Origin: a virus
Lineage: Duplodnaviria; Heunggongvirae; Uroviricota; Caudoviricetes
Virus record (IMG/VR): IMGVR_UViG_2654587772_000002
Strand: one strand, 5' to 3'
Length of the DNA stretch: 64,000 nucleotides
Shown: piece after piece, positions 21,394 through 32,824 of the stretch
How positions within the stretch are numbered: position 1 is the first letter of the stretch
Layout of the letters: the number at the start of each line of letters is the position of its first letter
The notes under the pieces: generated by a model
Told to the model about the DNA's origin: nothing
Database searches by the model: none
Seen by the model: only the letters and a program-made list of their open reading frames with translations
Position numbers and translations under genes: made by a program

Positions 21394-22065
21394 TCAGCGA
21401 CCAATCACCACAACCTGACCACCGTCCCCTTCGTCTGCCGTGCTGATCTCCTGAGAAACCACGCGTGACCCCACGCGCATTTCCCCGTACAGAACAGGCA
21501 GAACATTGCCCTGGGCAACCATGTTATCCAGTGAGGAGAAATAGGTGTTCTGCTTACCGTTATCCGTTGTCTGTGTACGGGGAGTTCTGGCTTTCGGTGC
21601 CAGCATCTGCGCCACACCACCGAGGACCATACTGGCACCGAGAGAAAACAGGATGCCGGTCATACCACCGGCCCCAATGGCTGCCCCCCATGCTGCAAGG
21701 GTGGCTCCGGCGGTAAAGAATGATCCGGCAATGGCGGCAGCCCCCAGGACAATCTGGAATACGCCACCTGACTTGGCCCCGGCGACTCTGGGAACAATAT
21801 GAATCACAGCGCCATCAGGCAGAGTCTCATGTAACTGCGCCGTTAACCCGGACGTGCTGACGTCCCGCCCGGCAATCCGTACCTGATACCAGCCGTCGCT
21901 CAGTTTCTGACGAAACGCCGGGAGCTGTGTGGCCAGTGCCCGGATGGCTTCAGCCCCCGTTTTCACACGAAGGTCGATGCGGCGACCAAATCGTTGTAAA
22001 TCCCCGTAAAGGCAGATGCGCGCCATGCCCGGTGACGCCAGAGGGAGTGTGTGCGTCGCTGCCAT
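21394..22065 (-). CDS. I: Tail assembly protein I
   Basis: Near-identical to lambda gpI as recalled (MAATHTLPLASPGMARICLYGDLQRFGRR...). Confidence 0.85.
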   Translation of the reverse strand: MAATHTLPLASPGMARICLYGDLQRFGRRIDLRVKTGAEAIRALATQLPAFRQKLSDGWYQVRIAGRDVSTSGLTAQLHETLPDGAVIHIVPRVAGAKSGGVFQIVLGAAAIAGSFFTAGATLAAWGAAIGAGGMTGILFSLGASMVLGGVAQMLAPKARTPRTQTTDNGKQNTYFSSLDNMVAQGNVLPVLYGEMRVGSRVVSQEISTADEGDGGQVVVIGR

Positions 22066-22706
22066 TTGTCGGTGTACCTCTCTCGTTTGCTCAGTTGTTC
22101 AGGAATATGGTGCAGCAGCTCACCGTCACCACAGTAAATGGCGGCATGATTCGGCACCGATGAACCAAAACAGCACAGCAGCACATCGCCCGGCTGCGCC
22201 GCTGACAACGGCACCTGATACAGCCCTGTGGCCTCCAGATTATCCAGATAGAGATTCTGACCGTGACGCCACCAGTCATCCCCGCGATGAAAATCCGGCA
22301 TCTCAATCCCCGCCAGATGATAAGCATCCCGGAACAGCGTGTAACAGTCCGTCACCCCGTGCTCAAAGCGCCGCCCGGTGAGATGCGGCACACAGCGGAA
22401 CTTATGAATCGCCCCCCGGCAGACCAGCCACCACGGCAAATCACTCTGCACCTGCAGCCGCCGGTCAGCCTCACTCAGCCAGGGCAGACCACCGGGGTGG
22501 CTGTGGACCAGCGCCACAATCTCACCCTGCATTTCTGCCTGCAGCCAGTCCTCCGGAGCCATCCGGAAATAATCCTCCGGCTCACCGGAAATATTCACGC
22601 CGGGAAAATATCTTTCCCCCTCCGGCGTGCTTACCACGAAGCCGCACGACTCCGCTGGCGCACATCGCCGGGCGTGCGCCAGAATCGCTGATTCTGTCTG
22701 TGTCAT
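21963..22706 (-). CDS. K: Tail assembly protein K (NlpC/P60 + JAB/MPN-type)
   Basis: HSHPGG motif; lambda gpK-like; overlaps I as in lambda. Confidence 0.85.
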   Translation of the reverse strand: MTQTESAILAHARRCAPAESCGFVVSTPEGERYFPGVNISGEPEDYFRMAPEDWLQAEMQGEIVALVHSHPGGLPWLSEADRRLQVQSDLPWWLVCRGAIHKFRCVPHLTGRRFEHGVTDCYTLFRDAYHLAGIEMPDFHRGDDWWRHGQNLYLDNLEATGLYQVPLSAAQPGDVLLCCFGSSVPNHAAIYCGDGELLHHIPEQLSKRERYTDKWQRRTHSLWRHRAWRASAFTGIYNDLVAASTFV

Positions 22707-22711
22707 GGGAT

Positions 22712-23410
22712 TTACTGCGAAAGTTTGTTAATGGAAAGGAAGCCGCCAAAGTTGCCGACGTTATTGCGAAACTTACAGCCACTCAGGCATTTGCTGCATT
22801 TATCCTTCGTGATATCGGACGTCGGCTGGTCATATTCATCCGCGACCGCCGGACCGCTATAACCGCACTCATCGCCGCGATAGGTCCAGGTGCAGGTGTT
22901 GGCCAGCATGATACGTCCCGGAAAAACAGCGCCATCCGTTTCAGTCGGCGTGGACAGTACAAAAGAGGCACTGACCGCGCTCAGTTCGCTGCACTGCTCG
23001 ATGCGCCAGCGGCTGATCACCTCCTGCTCCGGATCGGCTTCGCTGTTTCCGTTGACGAAGTTCACCGCATCCAGAAAGCGGGCGTAAACCTTACGCCGGA
23101 CCACCGTTCCGCCGACCAGACTCTGCAGATCTTCCGCCATCCCGGTGATCATGCCGTGCAGGTTAGAGACCGTCAGTGTCGGACGGGCAGCACTGCCCTT
23201 GCCGTTCATCTCAAATCCACTCCCCTGAATGGGATAGGCCTGATACTGCCGACTCTGCCAGGTGACAGACTCACCTTTTTCGTTCTGCTCATTACAGAAA
23301 AAGTAGCGATCCCCGTCTACCTCTGTCAGGTCGATTTCCCAGAGCACCACGCTGGCAGACTGCTCCGCACGAATGCATTCATTCAGCGTTTCCTGTTGTA
23401 TGTCCTGCAT
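22712..23410 (-). CDS. L: Minor tail protein L
   Basis: Lambda gpL-like, C-terminal Cys cluster (CSKCLSGC). Confidence 0.85.
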   Translation of the reverse strand: MQDIQQETLNECIRAEQSASVVLWEIDLTEVDGDRYFFCNEQNEKGESVTWQSRQYQAYPIQGSGFEMNGKGSAARPTLTVSNLHGMITGMAEDLQSLVGGTVVRRKVYARFLDAVNFVNGNSEADPEQEVISRWRIEQCSELSAVSASFVLSTPTETDGAVFPGRIMLANTCTWTYRGDECGYSGPAVADEYDQPTSDITKDKCSKCLSGCKFRNNVGNFGGFLSINKLSQ

Positions 23411-23748
23411 CAGATCACCACTTCGTCAAACTGACACGAAAAATCGGTATAGGTGATATGTTCTGTCGCTGACCACGTTCGACACACCACTCTGATTTTT
23501 CTGTTAATACCCGGCGGGCGCCAAAAAAAAGATTTATAGCCTTCATGCCGGGCTAAAAATTTTTCAAATGAATCACGTTCATTCGCCTCAACTTTGAAAT
23601 CACAGGTGAAAACGCGCAGAGAATGATTAAGTCCATTTGGACTTCGTTGCTCATAACCATCGCCAAATCTTACAGTTTTTATCGATGGTTTATTTTCTGT
23701 TTTCATTCCATCCTCTGGTAACCAGTGAAATTCTTCCGTATTAGCCAC
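23410..23748 (-). CDS. M: Minor tail protein M
   Basis: [16 protein letters not shown] motif as in lambda gpM. Confidence 0.85.
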
Positions 23749-26700
23749 TTAACATTCCCCCATCACGTCGCATATTTAACAGATTGCCCTGCACCCGCTG
23801 ATCAACCATCCCCATAAGTGCTTTTATTGCCTGAGGGCCAATCTCTCCATTCTGGCCGTCATTTTGAATAGTGATTTGGTATACAGGGGCATAGGTAATA
23901 TCTCCGCCTCCATTACCACTTTTACTATTAATAGCTCTGACACCAAGAGAACCATCGGAAGTTCGTGTTAATGGCATAATGGCTTCCGGACCAGCCTCAC
24001 CAAAAACACCAGCCCCTCTTGCAAAAGCAAAAAATTGCGGGGAATCATAAATACCGTTCGAATACGTGTTCAATGACGGAGACTCATAAACACCGCCCTT
24101 TGCATTCGGAATAAATTTACTAATAGCACTCCCGATAGTTCCTAAAATCCCCCCAGAAGAACTGTTACTAATGCTGTCGAAAATCCCAGTAATTGAAGCC
24201 TTTAATGCTATTCGACTAAGATCCGAAATCACGGAAGTAGCGAAAGAACGAAAATTTGCCTTGCCTGTCGTGACAAAATCACCCAGCGCATCGGTCATTC
24301 CATCAAACATCTGAGTCGTGGTTGATTTTATCTGCTCACTGATATCCTTAGTGTCATCCAGCCAGTTATTGAATCCCTGGGAGGCACCACTAACCCAGTC
24401 TCCTGCCTGAATATCGAGCTGCTCGTTTTTCTGTCTGACAATTTCTTTTTCTCGTTCCAGAGCATCATTCAGAGCCTGCATTTTCTCCTGAAAAACATGA
24501 TTTGACATCCCACGGGATTTATCTGCATAGTCACGTTCAAGTTGCAGACGCTGATTGTTATATTCACGTTCAATCCGCAGTAATTCCTGCTGGCGTTGCT
24601 GATTTTTATCGCCAACCCCATAACCAGCAATCTGAATATCATACCCCTGTTGACGATTATCAATCGAAGCCTGCAATGAATCACGCCATGCAGCTATTTC
24701 GGCGGATTCCTTGATTAGCCTGTTATTTTTTTCAATCGCAACATTTTTCTCCATCAACGCGGTTATTTCTTCCAGGTGTAAGAGAAGCGATTTCTGATCC
24801 TGGGTTAATTTCGATGACGGTCGTGACTCCAGGTCGGCAATCTGCTGACGCCACTTAACCAGTTCCTGTTCAGAGGAACTTAATTTAACGGTTAATTCAG
24901 TTTGTGAACTTAGTAACGCATTCTGTTGATTCAGATGATCAATCATTCGTTGGGCAGCATCATCCGAATAACCTTTCGCCTTTGGTTGCTTTGGATCTTT
25001 ATAACGCTCATTTATTTGAGCGATAAAATTATTATATTCTTCCTTTGAATACTGACTCTTTAGCTTTTCCAGTTTTGCAAGTTCACTAGCTCTCTGCTGC
25101 TCCCGGGTCTGATATTGTTTTGAAAAGGCATCTGCTCTCTGTCTGAGTTCAATTCCTTCCTGTTGTCGCTTGTTGTAATCGTTTATTGATGAATTTAGGA
25201 CGTCCTGAGCAATTTTTTCTGCTTGAAGTACGCCCAATTGCTGCTTTAATCGTGCCAGCCTTTTATTTTGAGCTCCGCCATCTCCAATGCCACCTAACCC
25301 GAAAACTCCGGGTCGGGTATTTTTTTCTATTTCATCAATTTGACGGAGAACATCTGAGATTTTTTGATCAAGGGAGGCCTCACGGCCAATGTCCAGCATG
25401 GAATCCCATGCCCATTTTGCGGAGTCTGCGACAGCTTTCCATGCAGTCTCAAGATAACCAAGATTTTCTTTAATCTGGTTGGTGCGCTGGATCATTGAGG
25501 ATGAGTATTCTTCTGTCGCAATGCGGGCGGCCTCCTGCTGGTTCCCTTCATCCTGTAGCGCCTTAATCTGGTTATAAGTCGCAAGTGTCAGAAAATGGTA
25601 CTGATCATTAAGTTTTGATATGGCACTGACAGGATCCTTTGCAATTTCATTGAAGTCATTAACCAGTTGTTCGGTTGATATTCCTGTTACTTCGCTCGTT
25701 TTTACTATCGCTGTCGTCACTTGCTCCAGCGAACTGCTCGCTACCTTTCCCGAACGCACAAGCTGATTTAATACTGCCGCCGCAGCACCAGTTGTCGAAT
25801 CAGCCGCATTCCCGGCACGTTGAGCTATATCGCCCAATTGCCCGCTGGTTGTCCCCAACTGATTTCCGGTAAGAATAAGAGATTTATTAAATTCGTCCTG
25901 CTCCTGAGAGCCTTTATAGTAAGCCAGTCCTAAGACCCCAACGGCTGCTGCGGCCAGGGTAAAAGGATTAATTAATCCCAGCACATAAGAACCTACACCT
26001 TTGATCGCCGGGCCAATCCCACCGAACATATCTTTTAGCTGGCCGCCCTGCTGCATTAACACCATAAATGGCGACTGACCAGTGGACAACCCAACAACAA
26101 TATCCGTCATTTGTGCAGGCAACATGCGCATAGCAAAAGCCGTTTGTTTTGCCGACATTCCGGTTTTGCTTAATTGTGATTGAGTAACCTCAAGCTCACT
26201 CCGCATAGCACGAAGTTTTCCAGAAAGCTCCTCATACATTTCAGGAGAAAGCATCCCCTTAGCTTTTGCTTCATTGAGCTGTTTCTGTTGTTCTACCAGA
26301 CGATTAAAAGCAGTTCCGACAGGATCAAGTTGAGCAATCAGACGTTGCAAAGCAACAACCTGTTCATCATGCGCTTTTGCTGCTTCTCGCTCTGCCTGAG
26401 CCTCTCCGGTAAGCTCTCGCCGTGTTTCCTGTATTTTTCGGCTATAATTCTCAAACTGAGAACCATTTATTTTCCCGGATGCAAACGCAGCATTAAGTTC
26501 ATCATGCTGTTGTTCAAGATTTCTTAGCGCCGCAGCCAGAGGGTCGATCTTGTCCAGCATTCTTTGAAAGGCCTGAGCCTGCGCTTCCTGCTGGGCGGCA
26601 GCAAGTTTTCCGGCCTTCTCGGCTTCTCTCTGCGCTTGCGCAACCCCGCTCAATTCCTCTGTGGTTTCATTAAGTTTACGGACAAGAAATTCATATTCTT

Positions 26701-26974
26701 CTTTATCAATAAGCCCTTTATCGAAAAATTTCTTTAATTCAGAATAGCGTCGACCGACAGTATCAATTGCGGCACCAACTGGATCAATAGCTGCTTTTAA
26801 TTTTGCGAGCGCGTTCTTCTCATCTTCTGTTGCCTTAGTCACTTTCCCTGCGCTATTTGCAGCAGTTTCCCCAGCCTGCGTCATTTTGACTAATGAGGAG
26901 GTCAGATTGTCAGCATTATTTTTCGCTCCAGTGCTATCAATAATTATTGCGAGACGCGAGGTTTGCTCTGCCAT
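23741..26974 (-). CDS. H: Tail tape measure protein (lambda H-like)
   Basis: 1077 aa, extended coiled-coil, hydrophobic central segment, C-terminus like lambda H. Confidence 0.85.
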
Positions 26975-27139
26975 TTATTAAAACTCCTGACAACAAAAAA
27001 CCCACCGCGAAGTGGGTTTCAGGCGACATAATAGTAGATATAGCGATTACGAGGCCACGCAATGCTTTTCTCCAGGAGCATCATCGATTTAATTAAAGAC
27101 ACCATCACATCTCTGTAACAGAGTGTACGTAATTAACAA

Positions 27140-27459
27140 CTACACACACTGCTCCTGAAAATACTGGTCATCCAGTGCAAAGATCACTGCTTCAAATTCA
27201 TCGCGCTCAATCAATACCGGATGAGTGGCTAAATATTCATTTATCTCTGTCAGAGATAAAGGCAAAGGCACCCCAGCCATTCCAGCATAACGTCGGGCAC
27301 GGGATATTACCGAATAGGCGTACAACAACTCCTTAAGCACCGGGTCTATTTCTGGTTCCGGTATCGGTGGCAACCTGAGTTTTTCTCGCTTCCATCTTGC
27401 CTTTTCCCCCCTTTCTCCCCCGAACTCCGATAACCACCGCTGGGCAGCTATGGCTTTTT
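27140..27459 (-). CDS. T: T extension of the GT frameshift product (-1 frame relative to G)
   Basis: -1 frame is open from the AAAAAAG heptamer at the end of G through to 27140; no canonical ATG (ORF track starts it at TTG). Confidence 0.55.
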
Positions 27460-27909
27460 TATCGTATCCTGCTTCTGCTGCTCTTTACCCTGGGCGATGC
27501 TGGCTGCTTCTGCAAGGATCTGCCAGTACAACTCTGGATTCTGCTTAAGCAGCGCGATCCCTCGTTCTGCCGTATATTCCAGTGCAACCTCAACACCATT
27601 AACCAGTTCACCAACCCCTTTCCAGTCTTTCAGCAGATAACGAGCGGCATTATCAATGAGTAAATCATCAACAGAATCCACCTCGGAAACCTTTGAAATA
27701 TCAAACTCCTTCGTTCCGACGTGCAAACTGGCATCCATTTTCTCAATGTGGCGACGGATTAATGCATTACGGGAGCGATACTGATCGTTATCGCTGCTTG
27801 CCACCAACAGTTTTAACCCGTCTACAGGTTTTAAGTCCTTCATTGGCGTAAACCAGCGTTCTCCACCAATGATAATTTTCTGATTAAGAATAAACATCCA
27901 TAACCTCAT
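27448..27909 (-). CDS. G: Tail assembly chaperone G
   Basis: 153-aa ORF between major tail protein and tape measure; ends just after an A-AAA-AAG heptamer. Confidence 0.7.
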   Translation of the reverse strand: MRLWMFILNQKIIIGGERWFTPMKDLKPVDGLKLLVASSDNDQYRSRNALIRRHIEKMDASLHVGTKEFDISKVSEVDSVDDLLIDNAARYLLKDWKGVGELVNGVEVALEYTAERGIALLKQNPELYWQILAEAASIAQGKEQQKQDTIKKP

Positions 27910-27957
27910 TCAATGCGTCCCCCTGTAGGGCAGTACCACAGGAGGAATAACGGAAAA

Positions 27958-28920
27958 TCAACTAATCGCCTCAGCACTGGCTTTTGCGATCACGGCAGCC
28001 GGGGAATTTTTTTTTCTGGTTATCGTAGGTGCTTCATCTGCTGCGGTAATGCTCAATTGAACCTGGATAATGTCGCTATTACCCCCATCAGGCCATTCAC
28101 CTGACACCTGAACCTTCGGGAAACTGAAAGTGTATGCCCCCTCTCCATTCGAAAGCGTGAAGCTGAACGGAACTGTTTCTCCAGTCAGTGTTTTACTCCA
28201 GATTTCCCACGCGGCTTTAGACCATGAAAGCGTCACCGTACCGGACGGTGTAAAAGTAGTCGGAATATTTGCTCCTGCATAAGGCGAGCCAGTCCCGATA
28301 CAACGCTGTGTCTGGAGTTTGTTATCGAACTGAATATCAAAACTGTCGATACAAAAACCGTTACCTCCGGCAACACCATTCAGGCTTACTGCTGAAACCT
28401 CCTTAAACGAATAACGTAGCTTTCCTGCACTATCCACAGGTTCGCCTTTGATAAAATTCGTATCATCGGCCTTTGATTCCCAGTCCAGTCCGGCAAAGGT
28501 TACGGTCGCTGTAATATCGCCGTCGTTAGGGATCTGCATTTTCCATGAGCCAACCTGCGCTCCTCTGACGACAGAGGCAATTCCGACATCGGACGCATAG
28601 GTCGCCAGAGAAAATGTTATTCGCTCATTCCCCATTGTCAGAGAATCGCCTGACCATTCCGCGCCGAAACAGGATGCAAGAAAATCATCATGTTGACCCC
28701 AGCGAAATTTGGTACCAACATCACCGCCGACATCCACAGTGCCAGGCGTCGCCCCCTGAGCCATCCGGGAGCCACCAATCTCATTATTTTCGCCTTTATT
28801 ATGGGTGGGTTTTACTCCCCAGCTTGTGCGTTTTAATAAACTCCAGTCACCACTTGCTGGCGTAGTGCCTGCAACCGTCTCCCGGATAAATGCCGAGATA
28901 ACCTTTGCACCTGAACTCAC
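27958..28920 (-). CDS. V: Major tail (tube) protein with probable C-terminal Ig-like domain
   Basis: 320 aa, position directly upstream of G/GT; Thr/Ser/Gly-rich beta-type composition. Confidence 0.7.
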   Translation of the reverse strand: MSSGAKVISAFIRETVAGTTPASGDWSLLKRTSWGVKPTHNKGENNEIGGSRMAQGATPGTVDVGGDVGTKFRWGQHDDFLASCFGAEWSGDSLTMGNERITFSLATYASDVGIASVVRGAQVGSWKMQIPNDGDITATVTFAGLDWESKADDTNFIKGEPVDSAGKLRYSFKEVSAVSLNGVAGGNGFCIDSFDIQFDNKLQTQRCIGTGSPYAGANIPTTFTPSGTVTLSWSKAAWEIWSKTLTGETVPFSFTLSNGEGAYTFSFPKVQVSGEWPDGGNSDIIQVQLSITAADEAPTITRKKNSPAAVIAKASAEAIS

Positions 28921-28946
28921 AGGAGCCTCCTATGTCATTAATTGCG

Positions 28947-29339
28947 CTAGAGCGCGCGATATGGAATTTGAAGATTAAGCTGGAACCAGCCATTCTTTTC
29001 GCCAACGGCTATTGAGGAAACAGCCTGGTAACTGAGACGATCGTCATCCTGAAACTCAAACAGTTCCCGCAATTTATCGGCTGTCTCAGTAATGAGTTTT
29101 GAACCAGAACCTGCGGGGACAAATAACTGAATAATGATTATCCCCGTGCGATAAACAATCGGCCCCGCGCCAATTTCATTAACTCCAGCCTGCCCGGGAA
29201 TATTACTTAACCGCGCCCAGATTAACTTACCGGAAGGATCGAACGTTGGCGCGTTCGGATACAATACGTCTTTTCCATCAATAATCGTCTGTGCCGTCAT
29301 TCTGGAAATAACCGTATTTCTGATTTCAGTAAACGTCAT
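28947..29339 (-). CDS. Tail terminator (lambda U-like position)
   Basis: 130-aa ORF immediately upstream of major tail gene (lambda U is about this size). Confidence 0.5.
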   Translation of the reverse strand: MTFTEIRNTVISRMTAQTIIDGKDVLYPNAPTFDPSGKLIWARLSNIPGQAGVNEIGAGPIVYRTGIIIIQLFVPAGSGSKLITETADKLRELFEFQDDDRLSYQAVSSIAVGEKNGWFQLNLQIPYRAL

Positions 29340-29716
29340 TTGTAAGCCTGTAAAACACCATGAAAAGCGTTGGCATACACGCCAGTTGGCGCTTGTTGTG
29401 AATGACCGTTTTCAAGAGCCTCTGCATAAGGAAGGTTATTCTGGATATAAATAACTCCGTAATTTGCAGCTTTCGAAATAACCCCGATCCCACGCTGAAC
29501 AGCAATCGTACCGTTCGGATCCACGTTATCAGATATACCAAAATCGGGATGCTGTAACGACACCAGGTTGTTATTTCTGAAACGTCCGGTATCAACCGGA
29601 GCAGCAATATCAATAGCAGTAAGAATCTGAATAGCGATGTAGCGAATCTTCAGCCCTACATCTTCCTCAATCATCCCGGCAAATATTGACGGTTCTATAT
29701 CCCATGCCTTTGCCAT
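29336..29716 (-). CDS. Tail completion / head-tail joining protein
   Basis: 126-aa ORF, synteny. Confidence 0.45.
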   Translation of the reverse strand: MAKAWDIEPSIFAGMIEEDVGLKIRYIAIQILTAIDIAAPVDTGRFRNNNLVSLQHPDFGISDNVDPNGTIAVQRGIGVISKAANYGVIYIQNNLPYAEALENGHSQQAPTGVYANAFHGVLQAYK

Positions 29717-30100
29717 TTACGCTCTCCTTAACTGGATAGAGTAAACTGATGCGGAAGGATCTACACTTGCTGTAATTACCTCGTATCGTTGTAACTGCCT
29801 TGATACAGGATCATAAATCTCAATAATATGGTCGACAGCTGGTTTATCCGTAACCTCGCATACCAGAGCGGTTAATTTAAGGTCACCATGCAAAATATTA
29901 ATCCCATCAATTCTGCCCAGCTTATAACGTGTCAACACGCCTCGCCCGGTATAGATTGCGGTGGATTCGCCGCCAGTTTCCGTCACAGGATCCCAGTGCC
30001 GGTGCGTAACGTAAGAACCAGAAAAATCACTCACGGCGTCCGCTAAATCCTCATCAAAAGCAGCGGCAACCTCTGACTGAATCTCTTCACGAAGCCCCAT
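29717..30100 (-). CDS. Head-tail connector protein
   Basis: 127-aa ORF, synteny between capsid and tail genes. Confidence 0.45.
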   Translation of the reverse strand: MGLREEIQSEVAAAFDEDLADAVSDFSGSYVTHRHWDPVTETGGESTAIYTGRGVLTRYKLGRIDGINILHGDLKLTALVCEVTDKPAVDHIIEIYDPVSRQLQRYEVITASVDPSASVYSIQLRRA

Positions 30101-30495
30101 TATCCCCCCCTCACAACCCTGACTTGTGAGCGACTAAGTCCGTACGGTTTCAGCAGTGCTATCGCAAGCTGTAAATCGGGTTCAAGCAATGCAGTGCTGT
30201 TTGCTGGCAACTCAGAAAATGATTTCGATACACTGACCCCGTCAGCCGACACGGCTTTACTGATAACAACGCCAGAATCATTTTTCTGCTGAAACAACTT
30301 ACCGAATGAGGCAATTCTGGCTGCATATGCTCCCGCAAGTTTTACCTCTTCCGGAATACGGGATGGGTTAATTTTCAGGTTGAAGCCATTAAGCCAGGCA
30401 TTAGCCATTAAAACAGCTTTATTTTTAGCGTTCTCACTCGTCCAGGCGTTCCCAAACGCATTATCAACGTCATCACAGGTCACGTAAGTGATCAT
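30100..30495 (-). CDS. Head-tail connector / head completion protein
   Basis: 131-aa ORF, synteny. Confidence 0.45.
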   Translation of the reverse strand: MITYVTCDDVDNAFGNAWTSENAKNKAVLMANAWLNGFNLKINPSRIPEEVKLAGAYAARIASFGKLFQQKNDSGVVISKAVSADGVSVSKSFSELPANSTALLEPDLQLAIALLKPYGLSRSQVRVVRGG

Positions 30496-30498
30496 GTG

Positions 30499-30675
30499 TT
30501 ACTCCTGAGTTTTCCAGCCCATAGCCTTCCAGTTGTCAACTTCATCAGGATGAACATTAGCGATAGTTGGTGCGCCGGGAAACATCTGATAATCGGTCAC
30601 CATAACCACTAACTCAATTTGCGTTTTTTGTGCGGCTTCACGCTGTGCTCTTTGCTCTTTAGTTAATCCGGCCAT
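30499..30675 (-). CDS. Small hypothetical head-region protein (~58 aa)
   Basis: Short ORF (MAGLTKEQRAQREAAQ...) filling the gap after the capsid gene; below ORF-track length cut-off. Confidence 0.3.
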   Translation of the reverse strand: MAGLTKEQRAQREAAQKTQIELVVMVTDYQMFPGAPTIANVHPDEVDNWKAMGWKTQE

Positions 30676-30717
30676 ATGCCCCCCATTAAAAATGGGGCCG
30701 AAGCCCCGTTTGAATGT

Positions 30718-31857
30718 TTAACCAAGAATCAGACAACCATGTGCCGGCTTCACTGATGAAACACCCCATGCCAGTCCAACTTCATAGCGCACCTGGCGAT
30801 ACTGACGATACAGTGCAATCTGGAACGTAATCCCTGAAATCGGGTCCGTAACATTCATTACATCATCAGCATTATCGCCACCTTCCGGCATTGCCGGAGT
30901 ACGGGATGCCAGCAGAAACGCGTTGCGATCAAACGCCATATTTGCCGTAAAGGCCCCAACAACTGTGATGGCAGTATCATCGGCCAGATCCTGACGCAGT
31001 CCGGGCGCTGCAAGAGTAATCAGATTGCTGGTCGCTGCTGCCACAACATACTGATTCGGATCACCAGCGAACGTAACAATCTGACCTGCAGAAATACTCC
31101 CCGAACCAGTATCAATGGAAATAAGAACATCGCCTTCTTTTTTCTCTCCATTCACGAGATAACCAGTTGCAGCAACCTTTGGCGCTCGTTTCACACCTGC
31201 CGAACTGTGAATATTGAATCCCTCCAGACGCCCCAACACGCCCTCACGCAGTAGCTGTTCAGTGCCGGATTCATTCACTTTAAACAATACAGACTGTTTT
31301 CCGCGCAAATTAGCAATGGCAGTGGAGCCAAGCACCATCTGCAGATCGGTTGTCGGTGCGCCGTTATCCTCCAGAACCTGACGAGCCAGAGCAGCATCAG
31401 AAAGATCATCTTTAACACCAAACGGCGTTGTCCCTGCGGTTCCCACGGCGCGGGAAGCACCGAAATACAACGCACCAAGATCAGCCTCAACCTCGTTTGC
31501 AAGGGCGCGAAAAGCCTGCTTGAACTGATCAGCCAGAATGGTGTTGTAAGTCCCTGAAGGGCCAAGAGCCAGTTGTTCTTCACCATTCCATTTAACCGGT
31601 GCCATTTTGGATTTAGTAATTTTTACATCAACAGTGCCAATATTTTGATCACCGGTATTCGGAGCTGACGGCCCCGGTACGATATCTTCGGTTTTCGCCT
31701 CAGGCGCAACTGGCGCGGTTACCGTCTGATCTTTTGCTGCGGCGTCAGCTTTTGCGTTTTTTGCTACCGCAGGGATAAAACCTACCTGCTCACGGGATAC
31801 AACATCCAGGGCGGTATAAATAGTCGGGATCAACCCGGTCAGGGTATTTCCAGCCAT
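30718..31857 (-). CDS. Major capsid protein
   Basis: Start at ATG (MAGNTLTG) preceded by AAGGAA RBS; 379 aa; position after scaffold. Confidence 0.7.
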   Translation of the reverse strand: MAGNTLTGLIPTIYTALDVVSREQVGFIPAVAKNAKADAAAKDQTVTAPVAPEAKTEDIVPGPSAPNTGDQNIGTVDVKITKSKMAPVKWNGEEQLALGPSGTYNTILADQFKQAFRALANEVEADLGALYFGASRAVGTAGTTPFGVKDDLSDAALARQVLEDNGAPTTDLQMVLGSTAIANLRGKQSVLFKVNESGTEQLLREGVLGRLEGFNIHSSAGVKRAPKVAATGYLVNGEKKEGDVLISIDTGSGSISAGQIVTFAGDPNQYVVAAATSNLITLAAPGLRQDLADDTAITVVGAFTANMAFDRNAFLLASRTPAMPEGGDNADDVMNVTDPISGITFQIALYRQYRQVRYEVGLAWGVSSVKPAHGCLILG

Positions 31858-31955
31858 AATTAAATATTCCTTAAAAATTTGCGTAATTGTGAATAGATGG
31901 AGTAATGAGCTATCCAGCCCTGACACCAGCTCCCATCCGGAAGCTGACAAATGTG

Positions 31956-32720
31956 TTAATCAACGATTGTGATACCGTCTTTCAATGCGTTTTGCTTACC
32001 TGCAACATCCAGTGCATCAAAAGCAGAGCGTTTCATCGTTTTCTGACCAATATCATGCTGTGTCGGACGGGAGCCGCCGCCATTGTTGCCACTGGCTTTC
32101 AGGATGTAGTCTTTCTGAGGGTAATTTTCGACAAGGAACTCCAGCGCCTCATCAAACTGCGCCAGTTCGCCAGGCTTCGCGCGGGAATAAATTTTGTTGC
32201 CGGAAGCGTCATAAGCAACGATCCTCCCTTCTTCCACTTTGAATGCCTGCCCGAAGCGGGCTTGTAATAAATCTGCCGGGATCGCAATTTTATCGGCAAT
32301 ATATTTTGAACCCGCAAAACTACCGCCAATCATAGAATCGTAAAGCTGCTTCTCCAGCATCTGAGAGCGTTGCTTTTCTTCATCTAATTGCTGCTGAAAA
32401 TTTTTCGTAATTTCTGCCTTAACCTGGTCAACCTGTCCCGCATCGAGCAGCTTTTTCTGGTCGATTTTTGACAGCATTTCCAGTGCCTCGATCGCCTTCT
32501 TCGGGTCTTCGATAGCGGCAAACTTAGCCAGTTTTTCCTCTGCAGCTTCTTTAGCCAGGCGATGATTTTTTGCCTCGCCATTAAGCTCTGTAATTTTTTT
32601 TGTCGCCAGCGGTGCATCGAAGCCAATTTCTTTACCATCGTCGTGCACATAAACTGGCAGGCCAGCAGTATCAATTTCTGCGTATTGTTTTCCGTTAATC
32701 TCGACCGTTTTCAGTTTCAT
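31956..32720 (-). CDS. Scaffolding protein
   Basis: Highly charged, coiled-coil-rich 254-aa product between head-morphogenesis and capsid genes; start at MKLKTVEING. Confidence 0.55.
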   Translation of the reverse strand: MKLKTVEINGKQYAEIDTAGLPVYVHDDGKEIGFDAPLATKKITELNGEAKNHRLAKEAAEEKLAKFAAIEDPKKAIEALEMLSKIDQKKLLDAGQVDQVKAEITKNFQQQLDEEKQRSQMLEKQLYDSMIGGSFAGSKYIADKIAIPADLLQARFGQAFKVEEGRIVAYDASGNKIYSRAKPGELAQFDEALEFLVENYPQKDYILKASGNNGGGSRPTQHDIGQKTMKRSAFDALDVAGKQNALKDGITIVD

Positions 32721-32824
32721 ATTAGTACCTGGTTTAAGTCTTCCGACAGTTACGCTGCTCACCATCCGGATCGCAGCAATAAAAAAGGCCACCCGAAGGT
32801 AGCCTGTTGTAATAAATGATTTAT

